From the human T2T-CHM13v2.0 reference genome, Homo sapiens, in the NCBI RefSeq assembly GCF_009914755.1, contig NC_060938.1: a DNA stretch of 64,000 nt. One strand, 5' to 3'. Both the position numbers and the translations under genes were made by a program. Position 1 is the stretch's first letter. Every line of letters starts with the position of its first letter. The notes beneath the pieces are model-generated. The model did no database searches and had not been told where the DNA came from. It saw nothing but the letters and a program-made list of their open reading frames with translations. Positions 43,332 through 59,319 of this stretch are shown one piece after another.

Positions 43332-43840
43332 GGCTGGGCGCTGTGGCTCACGCCTGTAATCCCAATACTTTGGGAGGCCTAGGCTGGTGGATCACCTGAG
43401 GTCAGGAGTTCAAGATCAACCTGGCCAACATGATGAAACCCCATCTCTACTAAAAATATAAAAAAAAAATTAGCTGCGTGTGGTGGCAGGCACCTGTAAT
43501 CCCAGCTACTCGGGAGGCAGGAGCAGGAGAATTGCTGGACCCCAGGAGGTGGAAGTTGCAGTGAACCAAGATTGAGCCACTGTACTCCAGCCTGGGCAAC
43601 AGAGTGAGAATCCAAGAAGAAAGAAAAAAAGAAAAAGAAAAAGAAAAAGAAAGGGAGGAAGGGAGGAAGGGAGGGAGGGAGGGAGGGAGGGAAGGAGGGA
43701 GGGAGGGAGGGAGGGAGGGAGGGAGGAAGGAAGGAAGGAAGGAAGGAAGGAAGGAAAGAGAGAGAAAGAGGAAGGAAAGGAAGAAAGGAAGAGGGGAAGG
43801 AAGGAAGGAAGGAAGGAAGGAAAGAAAGAGAGAGAGAGAG

Positions 43841-43895
<55 letters not shown>

Positions 43896-43905
43896 AAAGA
43901 AAAAT
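43332..43905 (+). mobile_element. AluS-type SINE with an expanded purine tail
   Basis: Full dimer; TSD TAGTTACAGGG at 43321-43331 and 43906-43916. Confidence 0.95.
43614..43904. repeat. Compound (GAAAAA)/(GGGA)/(GGAA)/(GA)/(GAAA)n microsatellite, 291 bp of pure purine
   Basis: No C or T on the plus strand across the interval. Confidence 0.98.
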
Positions 43906-44827
43906 TAGTTACAGGGTGAGGTCAAAGAGCTACCAGCAGTTCTATGTTGACTGGCATGGGTAGAGGGAGCTGACGAAGCTAGTGAGAAGGACCTTTCATG
44001 CTGGGTAAGAAGTGTAAATTATATCGTGAGACTTATTGAAGGCATCTAAATAATAATAAAAAATGACATAATTAAATTTACTTTTTCTGTGTAGAGTGAA
44101 TTAGAAGAATACAAGACCAGAGACACCAACTAAGAGGCTAACAAAGTAGCCCAGATGAGAGGGGATAGAGCCTTAGACTCAGATGGTGGCTGTGGAGACT
44201 TGGAGACGTGGACAGATGAGAAAGAAAGTGACAGAGACAGGAAATAGAAATCTAAAAGTGATTGATAAATGTGTGGATGAGAAACAGGAAAAAGTTGCAA
44301 AGATTTCCATGTTTGAGGCTTGAGCAACTAGATAAATAGAAAATAGCTTAAGAAGTGAAAGTAGCTTTGAGGAAGATGATAAATTCATTCTAATATTGTG
44401 AGTTTGATGTTGTATGAGACATTCAGAGAAAAAAGTCCAGAATTTAGATGGATGTAACTGTGCAGGAGTTTAGAGATAATGATATACTTTTCCTCATATT
44501 TATAGGCTTGCAGGAGGAAGAAGATAGAGAGTGAAAAAGAATAAAAAGCTTAAAATTCAGTTTTTGGAAATGCTGCCTTTGTGGGGAAAAAGATAGCTCA
44601 TATATCTTATCATATATTTAATTTTACTCCTTAATTTGTTTGCAAATTCCTGAAGGAAGGCAGTGGAGGGGATGTGCCTTAAACTTTCAGTAACCAAGTG
44701 CCTCTAACAGAGAAGGGGCTCAGAACTAATTCATTATTTGCATATTTGAACTTAAAAATATAATCAATCTGTATCTATAATTAGCCATCTGTTAAAATGA
44801 CCCATGTGCATTATCAAAATGCTACAA

Positions 44828-44960
44828 AGCTGGGTGCAGTGGTGTATTCCCGTAGTGCCAGCACTCTGGAGCCTGAGGAGTGAGGATCACTTTGAACCCA
44901 AGAGTTCAAATCCAGTCTGAGCAACATATCAAGGCCCTGTCTCTAAAAAGAAAAAAAAAA
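44828..44960 (+). mobile_element. Alu monomer (FLAM_A-like)
   Basis: Single diverged arm, A tail, TSD AAAATGCTACA / AAAATGTTACA. Confidence 0.85.
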
Positions 44961-46254
44961 TGTTACAGCAATTGGTTTAGAAGTACCTGGGCATGACTTA
45001 TCAGCAGCACATAGATGTGATCTATTTCTGTTGAGTAAGAGCAACAATTCCTAGTTACAGAACTTTCTAATATTTAACTAAATATATAAAAGAGAAGAGT
45101 GCCTCTAGTTGCAAATATAGTAATGTGTCTAGAGCAGAATCCATGACAGTCAAGTCCAGCCATGTGCTTAAATATGTAGCTAAACAAAAATTCAGACAGA
45201 ACATCTTGCTGTTTCTGAACATGATGTAGAATTTAGCAGATGACAAGGTGGATACATTTTTGCTTAAATGATTAGGAACTCCAGTTCTCTCAATAGCACT
45301 TCCACAAAGACTAGGAAAGCCTTCCTAATCCAAATTAAATCTAAAGATTGTAAATATTATTCCATCTTTAAACTAGATTAACTTGAGGTAAATGGCTGTA
45401 AGGAGGTCAAGAAAGCTCCAATGAATCAATCCTCATTTTTCTCACCACATCAAGTGGAGAAGCTGTGATTTAAGCAATTTCTGCTAGGAAAAGTGCTTCC
45501 CGTGTAAGTTTTTTCCTCAATGATCTCTCTCCCATAATACATTACGGGGTAACCTTTACTTGCCATAGAAAAACAGACATGTGAATTTGATACTCTCAGC
45601 TTGTTTATATGTTTTTAAAGCTGGCGAGCAAACAGAGGGCAGAATGTGAAAATTTTTGCTTCTGCTGCCACATGGCTAGCTGGAAGCCGAGTTCAGGACA
45701 TAGCAAACTTTCTATTTGGACTTCCAAGAACAGCAAAAATATTGAGTTATGTTGGGGAGGGGGAAATCTTTTATTTGATATCATCAAAATTGTTTCCAAA
45801 ACACCCTCCAATTTCTTCTAAGTGGAGAACCTTGCAAATGAAATAAAAACAATAAACTTAATTTTACCGACTCCAAAAGATGTCTAACAATTTTCAAAGG
45901 AATTTCTTAGACTCTCCCATTTTCTTTTTTAAAATAGAAAATAACAGTGTAGTTTAAGATCCAGGCACATTTCCTGACTCTTTACAAAAATACTCTTTAG
46001 ATATAACTTGATTTAAAAATTTAATATGTAAAATATGTCTGTAGAAGATAAATTACAAAGGTATTAATTGTATTAGAAAAGCATTCTTGACATTACAAGA
46101 TTCATCAACATACTAATCTCTTCAGTGAACTTCTAAAAATCAATATATTAAAGTTTGGTTCACACAGTCTTTGGGAAAACATACCTATTGTGTAAACCAG
46201 GGCATGTGTGAATTTTTAAAACAACAATGGGTCCACGCTAACCAAGCTATCATT

Positions 46255-47645
<1,391 letters not shown>

Positions 47646-49404
47646 GTAAAAGTATGTAAAGTAACACAAGCCAAGGAAATTTTCCCCATTTTGTTATTAA
47701 TAATATTTTTTAATGCTCAATGTGTTTGGCTTTCCTTTTTTAATAGCCTTATAATCTTAGGTTACCAATATATATAAAATTACATAAAAGAAAAGAAAAA
47801 TACAAATATTTAGCTTACTTGTCTTATTTAAATGCAAACATAAGCATGTTTCTTCTCCTGAAAACTAATAGTGGACTATTCTTTCAAACTAAAGGTACTC
47901 TTATCTATTCATAGACATTTCAGTGCAAATACACTTTGATATGTAACAAAAAGGAAATCCTGAAAGATTATAGGTAAGCATATTTTAGGAATAATATCAA
48001 TATTGAATGTACCACAGGAACTTCTGCCCCTCCTATAGGAACACTGGCTTTGTATAAAGTGATTGATCATTCTCTTTAGTTTTACAAACCTGAATTTTGA
48101 TGTACATTATTGGGCTTTCTTAAGGTAGATACAGTCATGGAACACTAAAAACTAAGAAAGAGTTCAGGCTTGTGAAGAAAAGAAGGCTAAATTTGGAAGC
48201 TACATAATGAAGAATATTCTCCTAACCCTGTCTTGACTTAAATTAAGAAGTGATCTCCAACTTTTTTGGTTTCTAAATTTGTGGCAAAATTCCAAAACCT
48301 GAAGATTAAGGTATTAAATTGCCATTATTTCCTCCTGGACAAAATTGCTCTAGATCAATGTCTCCCCAACATTATTCCAACTGAAGAAATCTTTTCTCTT
48401 TTCAAAATATTTTAGTGGTGATCAATATACATATAAATGTAAAAACATTTTCTTTTGGAGATGAAAAAGGGAGACAGTCTGGTTTCCCACTCTCCTCTTC
48501 CCACCCATGCTCCTTCTAAAGTGCCAAGAATTCCACACACCATGACTTTAAAACCACTTGTCAGTGAGATCTGCAATGACCTCTTTCAAATCGAAAGTTA
48601 CATGATTCTAAAATATATCAGTATTTCTGAGTATGCAGTTACCTAGAAAAGCAAGGCTAAACAGTGAACTCTCTATGTTGTAAATTTCTAGAGAATATGA
48701 AAAGTTTGTGGTGTAATACAGTACAGGTATGTTTTAAATGACTACAATTACGAAGGAGAGATTTCTGGACACTGTTATAGAATTAGTAGATCCTATAACA
48801 TTTCTGTAATGATATTTTAAAAATCTATTACTTTCCATTATTTAAGGGACCCTGTGAGATCACATACAGTTGAATGAAAAGACAAACTGCTGGGGAAAAA
48901 AAACTTCACTAATATTTCAAAATTGGAAGTGAAAAGAGTAGGTTTCTTCGAGAACCACAAAGTAATGACAGGAACTCAGTTTCAAGAAAGCCCAAGACAT
49001 TCAGCGACTCAAAGTAATGAGCTTAATTCTCCAAAGTCTCAAGCAGTTTCCACCCCAGGGTAACAAAAACAAGAACTCATGTTTGTTTGTGTTGCAGTCT
49101 CCGTTTGGACCTGGAAGGTCAGGCTCTGAACAGCCAGGCCATTGTTCAGCATCATTCATCCTGATCGGGGTCTAGCACCTGACAAGGAATTAGAAGTCTG
49201 GGTCCTCTATCTGATTTTGTGATTGACTCACTCCAGGGTTTTGAAGTCACAATTTCTCCACTCTAGAGCATCCATGAAATGATCTTTTCCTTCTGGATGA
49301 TGGAGCAATTATGGAGACTATGTTGTCTCATAGTACTTGGGAATATGCTAAGCATGGTTGTGCTAATACTCTATTAACAATGTTTTTTGTTTCAATACAT
49401 AAAA

Positions 49405-49650
49405 ACAAGTTACCACCTTACTGAGGGATTATTCTGTGCCAGGACCTGTTTTCAGTGTTTTACATAAGTTAACTTGCAGAAGCCTCACGACAACCCTATT
49501 AGTGAGGAATATGATGATCCTCATTTTACAAATAAGGCCACAAAATCACAAAGAAGTTGAGCAACTTGCCCAAAGTCACAAAGCTGGGCAGGGGAACAGC
49601 CAGAACTCCAAGGCAGGCAATCTGCCTCAAGGGTTCTTGCTCTTCACCAT
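49405..49650 (-). mobile_element. MIR SINE
   Basis: CCTCATTTTACAAATAAGG...GCAACTTGCCCAAAGTCACA. Confidence 0.8.
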
Positions 49651-52600
49651 GCTGCAATGCTCCCTCTTTGCCGACGCTCTCAAGCTTTCCCAGATCTAGT
49701 GCTATGAGGGGAAGGAATGGGAAGGCTAGAGCATATATGATCTCTTAATTGCCTACCTAATCAGATTAAGTAGGTCTGCTCTCACACAATCATGGAGTAT
49801 GACATATATTAGCCTTATATTTCCTCCATCCCCCAAAGAAGGCTGTGACTGCTTCATGTGAAGCAGGTAGCTGGGCAGGGAAAGGATTAAGTAGCTTCAA
49901 AACGGCATTTTTAACTGAATTGGCCTATCTCTCAATATATATGTATTTAGAATAAAAATTGATTTGATTTGGAAATTTTGTTAAATACCACTCCCTACGG
50001 TCATGTTGATAATACTGTTAAATCCTGAACTTTCTGTTACTGATACTTTGCAATTAATATCAAAGTGTCAACAAGATAACAGCTTGAAAAGTGAAACCTG
50101 TTGCAGACATTCTCTGATCAAGTTTCCATGAAGCAGATGTTGGATTGATTTCTTAAACCCTGTATACACATTCATGATTGTGCTCTGCCCTTTTTTATTT
50201 CCTCCACCAATTAGAAGTTCTATCACCAGATTGTGCAGGATAGGGGATTTTTAGGTCCCAGCAGAAACAAGAAAACAATTAAAAGTGTGGTGGGTTGTGG
50301 AAGACAGCTGCAAATGTTGAACTGTTTCTACCCCACATAACACCCCTGGTTCCTTCTCCCCAAAGATCCTCTGAGTCTGTCTTAAATACAAACCAAACAG
50401 GACAATGGCATCCGGAACATTTGTCCTTTTCATAGTTTGTTTTAGAACATCACAGTTCAAAAGCCTCTAAGCAACTACTTAGTTGCACTGATCACAAAGA
50501 AATCTCTCACACAGACAGAACTATGAAACAATTTAACCGGAGTCTTCCTTCTGAGACTCCTACAACTTTTGAAAGTCACAATGAGTAAAAGGGTTTGGAG
50601 AGACATGGGGCTAAGGAAACACACATTGGTGGGGTTGTATTGATTCAAAACCAATCTGGACAGCAATTCACGTGAAATTTAAAAGGGTATACTGCACGCT
50701 GAAGGGAACATGGACTGGGTGTCAAGTCCAGATCCTCGGAACATGCAAATAAAACACTGCCCAGCATGTCTAAGACATGTTTTGAAATGTACATTTTGTA
50801 CACTAACACAGGATAACAGATATGAATCAACTGCTGTGAAACCAGACCAAAGTTGGAAGTATGAGAGCAATAAGAAAAACATGACCTAAAGGGGCAATGT
50901 AGCAAACAGCAGACCATGGTCCATTTCCGGAACTTTGCTAAGAGGCAAAAGCAGGAGGTTCTGCCCCTGCTCCCCAAACCCAGATGGTAATGCAAAAGTA
51001 ATTAAGTAAATGCTGAGTAATTCTTTATCAAACAGCACGATCATTCCAGAAACACATAAAGTATGTAACATAACAAGAACTATTAAATCAGTCCCAGCAG
51101 AGTTTTGAAACGAATCAGTAAAGAAGTTCACATTGATTAAAAACCAAAATGAGTCTTGGTGCATTTGACTTGTTTTGTCCCTAGAAAACAAAAGTGTTTT
51201 ATCTATACCCACATGTTGTGACAGAAAACAAAACCTTTCTTGAATTTCATGCAAGGTAGATGTGATTTCCAATGTATCACCCACTCCATGCCATCCTCCA
51301 AGTTATCTTTAACAGGCTTATCAGGGAAAACAACAAGAACATATTAACAGCACAGAACTGTAGGTGTTGGATTTTATACCACTCATAAAAGGAATCTATA
51401 CATGTAAATGTTTTTATTATATTTTTAGGAAGAAAAGCAAATTTTAAAATTAATGCAGAACCCATCACAGCTATCCAAAGAATGAAGATTCTTTCATGTT
51501 TTAGACAGAAAAATATTGTTCAAACGCTCCTTTCCAGGTCCATTCATGAAGCTCTTCCATTGTTTACAATGTTTGTGTACCCATTTAGGCTCATTTGAAA
51601 AATGACCACTATGTCCATTCCTCCCTCAACATATCTGAAAGGAAGCCAAGAAAAACGTTGAGAAAAAATGCCGCCTCCTGAGAATTCAGGAGAACAGTAA
51701 CACATTTAGATTCTGCAAGATTAAGACAGACCCTACAAATACATATTCCTCCTAGTGGCCATGTCATTTTTCATATGCAAGACCACCACTTTCTAATAAC
51801 AGATAGGTAGGAAATTACTGTCATCATAAACCGGGTTATGTATCTCAATCAACTGTTTCCTAAGGAAAGCTATGAGACTGGTGGAGGGGAAGAGGCAGTA
51901 CCAAATTACTACGTCTTCCTGGTTTTGCAGTTAAAAAAAAAAAATGTACCTCTACATTTTAAGGAGAAAGTGGCACCACCTAAATTGACCTACATTATTC
52001 AACAGATTCAAAAATGTAACTTGCCTATAACCTTAGAGATGTCATAAGCCTATGACATCTGACAGCTGGGAGGAGCCTATATTATAAATCTTTGCATAAA
52101 GGTCCAAAACTTTACTCTGGTGTTAAAGAGAAAGTACATACCTAAACTCTCTGAGTCAGCTTCCTCACCTGTAAAACATGGGTGAGCAAGTCTGTCTGAT
52201 TGTTCTTGAGAGAATCAAGGGAGCTAATGTATAGTGAGCACTGAACCTTTTGCAGACTTGAAATTCAAAGGGAGCCTTGGATTTAGCCACTGAGACCAAT
52301 AACTAGAGCAGACTAGTTTTGCCAAAGACTTTTAGTTTTGCCAAAGCAGGCTTAACTTCAAATAATGTGTCATGTTCTAATCTCATAGACTAGTTATACT
52401 CAACTCTGACTCACCTGTGGGGGGTTTGCTTTTGTTTCTGTTTCTTAATACAATGCTGAACTACTTCTCCTGCTCCCACCCAAAACCTTGTGAATCAGAA
52501 GCTACAGGAGGTAAGGTAATCTTGATTTATTTGTTTTTAATCTTCACAGAAGATTATGAAGCAGCCAGAGTTAAGAACTACTCACATAGCCTTGAAATGT

Positions 52601-52753
52601 CCTTGAAATGTTCTTGAAATTCCAATATTTCTTGAAATTCCAATATTTCAATACATAGTAAATGAATGAATCACGTCAGTAAGTTTCACCAAAAACATAA
52701 AATAAAATGAACAAAAAAGACTGAGAGCCATCACAGATCAAGAATGACATACT

Positions 52754-53046
<293 letters not shown>

Positions 53047-53089
53047 TCATAGAATTATGAAAATAATTATTAAAAGGTACACACTTCAG

Positions 53090-53413
53090 ACTGATGTTGT
53101 ACAATAGATATATAATGAGACCCACATATGTAAGTCCATATTTGTAATTCTGAATTTTCTAGTAGCCACACTAAAAAAAGAAATAGGTGAAATTAATTTT
53201 AAAAATATATTTTATTTAATGTAATGTATCCAAAATATTATCACTTCAACAACTATTAAAATTATTAGTGAGACATTTTACATTCTTGTTTTACACAAAG
53301 TATTCAAAATCTGGCATGTATTTACACTTAAAGCACAGCTCAATTTGGACAAGCAACAAGTCCAGTGGTCAATAGCCACATATAGCTAATGGCTACTATA
53401 TTGGACAGTACAG
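53090..53413. mobile_element. MER33-like hAT/Charlie non-autonomous element
   Basis: TTTTCTAGTAGCCACA...CAATAGCCACATATAGCTAATGGCTACTATATTGGACAG. Confidence 0.8.
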
Positions 53414-54964
53414 CTATAGACTGTAATATATACATGTGTACCTGTGAATATAGTGCCGGATATTTTTATAACACCTGAAAAGACTACACTAATATAATTT
53501 TGCATACTTCTACAACAGCAACATGGACTGGCTGTCATATGAAGTAATAAAGGCAATCACTATTTCCAAAAGCTGCTACTGGGCAGGACTGCAGTACTTT
53601 GCCTTTAGTGTGAAGTGTGTTCAAAATTATTTATGAGTGCAAAAATGCTATACCTTAAGTGAAGTGTTTCAAAATTAATATCCATAAATAAGAACATTAA
53701 ACACACACACATATTTGTGTTGTGTTTGTGTACTCCATACATGGCATTTTCTATCTAATACAGTAAGTAATAGTAAAATAAACATTGATTCTCATAGGAA
53801 ATCGGGTATCTTTCATGTATACTCATGTATACAGTAAGTAACTCAACCTGATAAATAACATAATTATCTGGGGATGCAGCACACAGAGTTGAGCAGTTTT
53901 GCATGCACAAGAGGCTGAGTGGGGGCTGAAAGCCATTTCTCTCTCTGCTTACCAAGTGGGTGGGGTACCTTGGATTCTTCCAACTCATCAGCCTAGAGGG
54001 ACACTTTTTTTCTAATAGAGCAAAACAGTACCACGTATTCTAGTGAATGTCATGAGCCTTGGAAGTGCAAGGAGTTTTATTAGAATGCGTTCATTTGAGT
54101 AAAAATAGATGACAGATCTGGCCCATTCTCCATATCTTCCAAGCCAAAGTCATCTCTTCCTTGCTAATACTCAACAATGCAAAACTTTGAAATAATAACC
54201 AAGTACTTCTCAGATCCAAGGTAGTTCTACAAAATTATTAACTTGAAGCCTCTACTAGTGAAAAGTTTGAATGGCCCACTCCCTGGGCATAAAGCGAATA
54301 ATAATTTCAGTTTTCCTAACAACAACAAAAAAAAGCAGGTTTTCTACTTATGTGCCTGGTTTTCAAAGTACATTGATTTCATTTCAGACAATAGCACAGA
54401 ATATTTACTTTTCAGGTTAATACATCTAAAATAACTACATCTTACACCACAGTTACTCTCAATCAATTTACCCTACTCTATCTTTTTCCATTGGCCTTAG
54501 TGCTATCTTAAATGACTTTGTTCATGTATTAGTTTACATCATTAATATCAAAGATCTCCAATTGTATATAAGCTCCATGAGGAAAGGACTTTGCCTATTG
54601 TTCACTGTTTTATTCTCACTCCATAAGTCTAAGCACCGCATAAATATTTTTAAAAGTAAGTTTCTGAAGAAGTATTCCAGAATTCTAAATCTCAAAATAT
54701 CTATCATTAAAGAATACCTGAGGGAGAAGGGGCAGAAGGAATATTGTTTGTGACAGACTAGGGGCTTGGAACAGCATGACTGGTTCTGGAAACTACAAAT
54801 GGGAAACGTGACTCATGAATGTACTGGCTTCAGTGCAAGGAGAGGGAAGAACTCATTTCACAGCTACAAGACAATACTAGAAATAGCCTATCATTTACAA
54901 AAAGTTTTTCATTTAAGGGTAGATTAATTCACCCAGACTGAACTCCTAGGCTATGGTGACCTAT

Positions 54965-55440
54965 TCTTACCTATTCAATCAGAATATGTAAGAAACAGAT
55001 GGCACAGGCAACTTGGGCAATTGGAAAAGAGTTTAACAAAGGGACTATTTACAAATATGGTGCAGGGTTGAAGGAAACCAACAGTGGCTACTTCAATACC
55101 GAGGGATGAGCAAAGCATTTCCCACCCCTGAATCTAAAAGGGCAAGAAAGGGCCAGAGCTCTGCAAGGACAGTCATATGGAAAAGGCCACCTGGTAGTTG
55201 CTGTGGTCTTTGTCCAAGGGACACAAAGAAACCTGTGTGACCAGGTAGGGAGAGAGCCAGTGGAAAATACTCTGACCTCATTGTCCTTCCACCTGCCTGA
55301 TCTCCCACCAGGGCCTTCCTATTGGTTGAACTTAACTGGAAGCCAGAGAGCAAGGGAACTCACTGAGCAGTCCAGACGGCAGCCGGCGGGCACACAAAGC
55401 AGCCTGGAGAGGAGTGAAGAGTGGACCCGAAGGGCCCGAG
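54965..55440. mobile_element. Old ERVL-class LTR (LTR16/LTR33-like)
   Basis: GGGACTATTTACAAA...CCTATTGGTTGAACTTAACTGGAAGCCAGAGAGCAAGGGA resembles ERVL LTR motifs. Confidence 0.55.
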
Positions 55441-56076
55441 CACATCCTGTGGAATTGAAATGCAGTGTGAAAAGGTGGTTTGCTTTACACTGTGGCTTTA
55501 TGTTCCAATCTTAGGTTAAAACCATGATTTGAATTATTTAAACACACAGTTGTTGCTGCTGCATTCAAAAAGGCAAGTTATATGCATAATAAATTTCCCT
55601 TAATAGGATAAAAGCGGAATTCACAGCATTAAAGTACAGTTCTCTTAAAGCATTTAAATGAAGAACTAAAGAAATGTGATCCAGGGATGCAAGTATTTTT
55701 TATCATCTAACTTGAAAAGAGACAGTTATAGAAGATTGAAAAATCGATAGTATAAACTTTAGGCCTGTAGGTCCAAACCGGGCTATGCAACACAACCAGC
55801 TGAAGAGTATTTAAAACTGCAGGCTCCTGGATGCACCCAGCTGGACCCCACTGACTCTTAAGGGAAGGGGCATAGAAATTGATGACACAGATTTTGGAAC
55901 TAATGTTTTAGAATTTCCCTTTTAAATGTTAAATATCTTTGTTCTTTTAACAGTGTTTTTATTTTTGCATGCTTCTTTCTGTGCTGTTTTAAATTAAGTA
56001 TTCATCTCAATCATTTTTTAATTCAAATTTTGAAAACCAATCAGCAAAATAATTAATAACCATGTACATTTAATAA

Positions 56077-56391
<315 letters not shown>

Positions 56392-56559
56392 AACACAAGC
56401 CTAATTTTAAGATTATTTGTCCTTTATATAATCTAAGAAGATTTCAATATACGATTTTTGACAGCTTTATTGAAGCATAATCACATAGAATAAACTGCAA
56501 ATCAATATATCTGTTTTATTTTGAGATAGAAAAAAGTCCTTTGAGTGTATGAGCAAAAA

Positions 56560-57395
56560 GACCAAGTGACTTATAATGAACATAAAATTGAATTGTTGTT
56601 AGGCTTTTCAATAGCAATGTTTTATATCCTATGAAAATAGAGTAACATTTAAGATACTAAAGGAAAAGAGATGAGAACCAAGGATTTTGTATAGAGCCTA
56701 ACAGACTCAAGTATGAAAGCCACCAATAAGCCATTACTGACATATAAGAATTCAGGAACTATTGCTTCCATGAGCTTTTGCAGAGGAATCTATTAGAGAA
56801 CAAGTTTCATGCAATCAAAATTACTAGAGAGACATCAACTTGTGATGAACATTAAATATGAGGCTATTTTTAGAACTAAGACCAAATAAGAGTTAAAAGG
56901 GCAGGTTAAAAGGAAAGAAAGGTTAAATGCTATATAATGTATATCCTCTGACAATGTAGATACAGTAGAACAATTTTTTAATGGAGAAAATGGAGAAAAC
57001 ATATACAAAAATAATTTTCTTAACTCATCTCATAGTCATTTTGGTGGAAGCATCCAATTTGTAGCCTTAAAATACTATTTCCCATTAAAAGATACCAGAA
57101 ACTTCCCTTCTAGCTTCAGGGAGGAAATGTGCAAGATAAAACCTGAAATAGTTTGTTATACCATGTCATAAAGAAGCTACTGAATGCTATTAGGTATCTT
57201 CCTCTGAATAGATTAGAAAAAAAATGCTATTAGGGTCATGTCAGAAGATTCAGAAGTCAACTAAAGAGTCTCACATTAGCCAAAGATAAGACAATTTGAG
57301 CATCAATAAAAAATAATAGCTGCAATGGATTAAAGCACATCAATATATTTAAATCCATGAAATGATAATACTTTTTTAAAAACTGGTTGCCTTAG
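56560..57395 (+). mobile_element. Old L1M fragments (ORF1-like end and L1MC4-like 3'UTR)
   Basis: GAACCAAGGATTTTGTATA; GACAATTTGAGCATCAATAA...GCAATGGATTAAAGCACATCAA. Confidence 0.55.
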
Positions 57396-57404
57396 AACTA
57401 TAAA

Positions 57405-59173
57405 CGTGGTAGACTAAAAATGGCCACAAATTCCTTGCTATTCCTCCCATTGAGAGGTAAAATGTATTTCCCTTCTGCCTGATATGGTCTGGCTTTGGGG
57501 ACTTGCCTGAGCAATACAATGAAGTGGAAACAACATTCTTCAAAGTAACATCAAAGCCTAGGTTACAATAAGCCTTGCAACTTCCATCTGGTTCTCTTGG
57601 GGAACATTCTCTGTGGAAGACCTGAGCTGTCCTTATAAGATAGTTCTAGTTGATAGTCTCAGCTGAGCCTAGCCTCCCAGCCATACTCACCAAGCCATCA
57701 TACATGTGAGTAAAGCCAACTAGGATCTCTCAAACCAGCCTATCTACAACTGAATATCACCAAGTGACCACAGTCAATGCCATATGAAGCAAAAGAACCA
57801 TCCAGCTGAGCCCTGCCCAAACTCCTGACCTATACAATCATGTGATATAAAATACAATTTTTTTGTTGTTGTAAGCCATGAAGTTTGAGAATAAATTATT
57901 GTACATCAATAGAAAGCCAGAACAAATTTTTGTATCTGGAAATAGAGTTCTGCAATAACAGAAACCTAAAACATGTGGCATTAGCTTTGACACTAGGTAG
58001 TGGCAGAGGCTGGAAGAGCCTCAAGGAGAGTGGTAGTGGCATATGAAGGGCTCTCAGGAGACTTGGTGAGGAGGTGATGGAAAGTGAGGAAAATGCTAAT
58101 AGAGGTTGGAAAAAAGGTGTTGAGAAGTTTGACAAGACTGTGGCCTTCAGTAATTTGGAAAATAGAACTAAAAAAAAGAATTGTTCCATTTTTTAACAGA
58201 ATTTAGAGGAAATAAAAAGATCTAGAACTTTCTAGGTTTAAATAAAACAATTTCTGATCCCCAATCTCTCGCAGCAAAATAATCTCAAAATTATGAATGG
58301 CTTTGGAGCAAATATCAAATCCAAACTCTGCAAACATGAAAAGGAAAAGAAAGAATGACACAGAGTGAGAAAAAAATGCACAGAGGGCAAGGCCAGAGAA
58401 ACATTTCCAGGGAGAAGGATGAGGCCCTAATCAAGAAACCAGTGACTTCTGCCCAGCTGGAATTCAGAATTGCTATAGACCTTCATGGCTATGCTCCTGT
58501 TTCACCCCCTTGTGACTGCAAGCGTCAACTGCGGAAATCTTATACCCTTGTCATCATTGTATGTTAGGTGTATAGGGGGTGTGAGAGGAAAGGACAGAGA
58601 ATTATCTAATTCATAGGCCTTCAGGTTGAAAGAAACTGTGCTGGAGAATGCTACACCTGAGAAATTAAACCCAAGGAATTTCATCTGCATCTAGAATTGA
58701 TTTAATTAATGACTATTAGACTCTGAGCAGATGTCACGATGAGATGAAACTTCGGAGGACTGGGGAAGGAAATAACTATATTTCACACTTGGCAGAAATG
58801 TAAATGCTTTGTGGCAGAGGGCAGCCTGAAGTAGATCATATGTGGCCAGATATCTTCACTGCTCCACTCATGGAAAGGTGGAATCCCATTTCCTTTCCCT
58901 TGAATCTAGGCTGGATTTAGCAGCTTCCTTGACCCAAGAAAGCAGCAGAAGAGACACCATAGAACTTCTTATGACTTGGGAGCCTTACAGCTTCAACCTG
59001 GGCCTCTTGAAACATTCTTTCTGGTGGGCCTGAGCTGCCGAACATGGAAGTCCACCTACCCCAAGGTGTCTATGTTGGAGAGGGAAGGTGTAGCCTCTCC
59101 AGGTGACAGTCTAGCTGAGCCTAGTCTTTCAACCATCCCCACCAAGGCCCCAGACATGTGAGTGACCATCCAG
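57405..59173 (+). mobile_element. MLT1G/H-type MaLR provirus: LTR (57405-57924), internal (57925-58826), partial 3' LTR (58827-~59173)
   Basis: Two diverged copies of ..GTAGA....ATGGCCA.A...CTT..CT..TCC.....TG..AGGT; internal AAACCTAAAACATGTGGCATTAGCTTTG; purine-rich GGCAGAGGGCAG before the second LTR. Confidence 0.75.
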
Positions 59174-59319
59174 AATTGTAAATTGGAGACACAGATTCCT
59201 ATTTTACTCTGTTTTGTAAAAGAGTACGTAATAGCTCCAGTGAAGACATTATGAAACTTCACAAGTATTATAAATTCTAGAAAATAACATATCTAATATG
59301 TACATCCATAAAATGATGC

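Larger units (their letters stand above)
43055..44590 (-). mobile_element. L2 LINE interrupted by Alu
   Basis: CATTTATTGAGCC...GGTACTGTGCTAGACACTGG start; purine-rich L2 body continues after the Alu. Confidence 0.75.

Noticed and set aside
43604-43963. 119-aa K/E/R/G-rich ORF
   Set aside because: Translation of the purine microsatellite, which cannot contain stop codons; non-ATG start in an Alu end
49087-49165. Plus-strand acceptor tttgtgttgcag with short open frames
   Set aside because: No partner exons or recognisable peptide; runs into a MIR fragment
51540-51640. Strong minus-strand acceptor (tttttcttggcttcctttcag)
   Set aside because: All frames stop within ~30 codons and there is no convincing donor; likely a pseudo-acceptor
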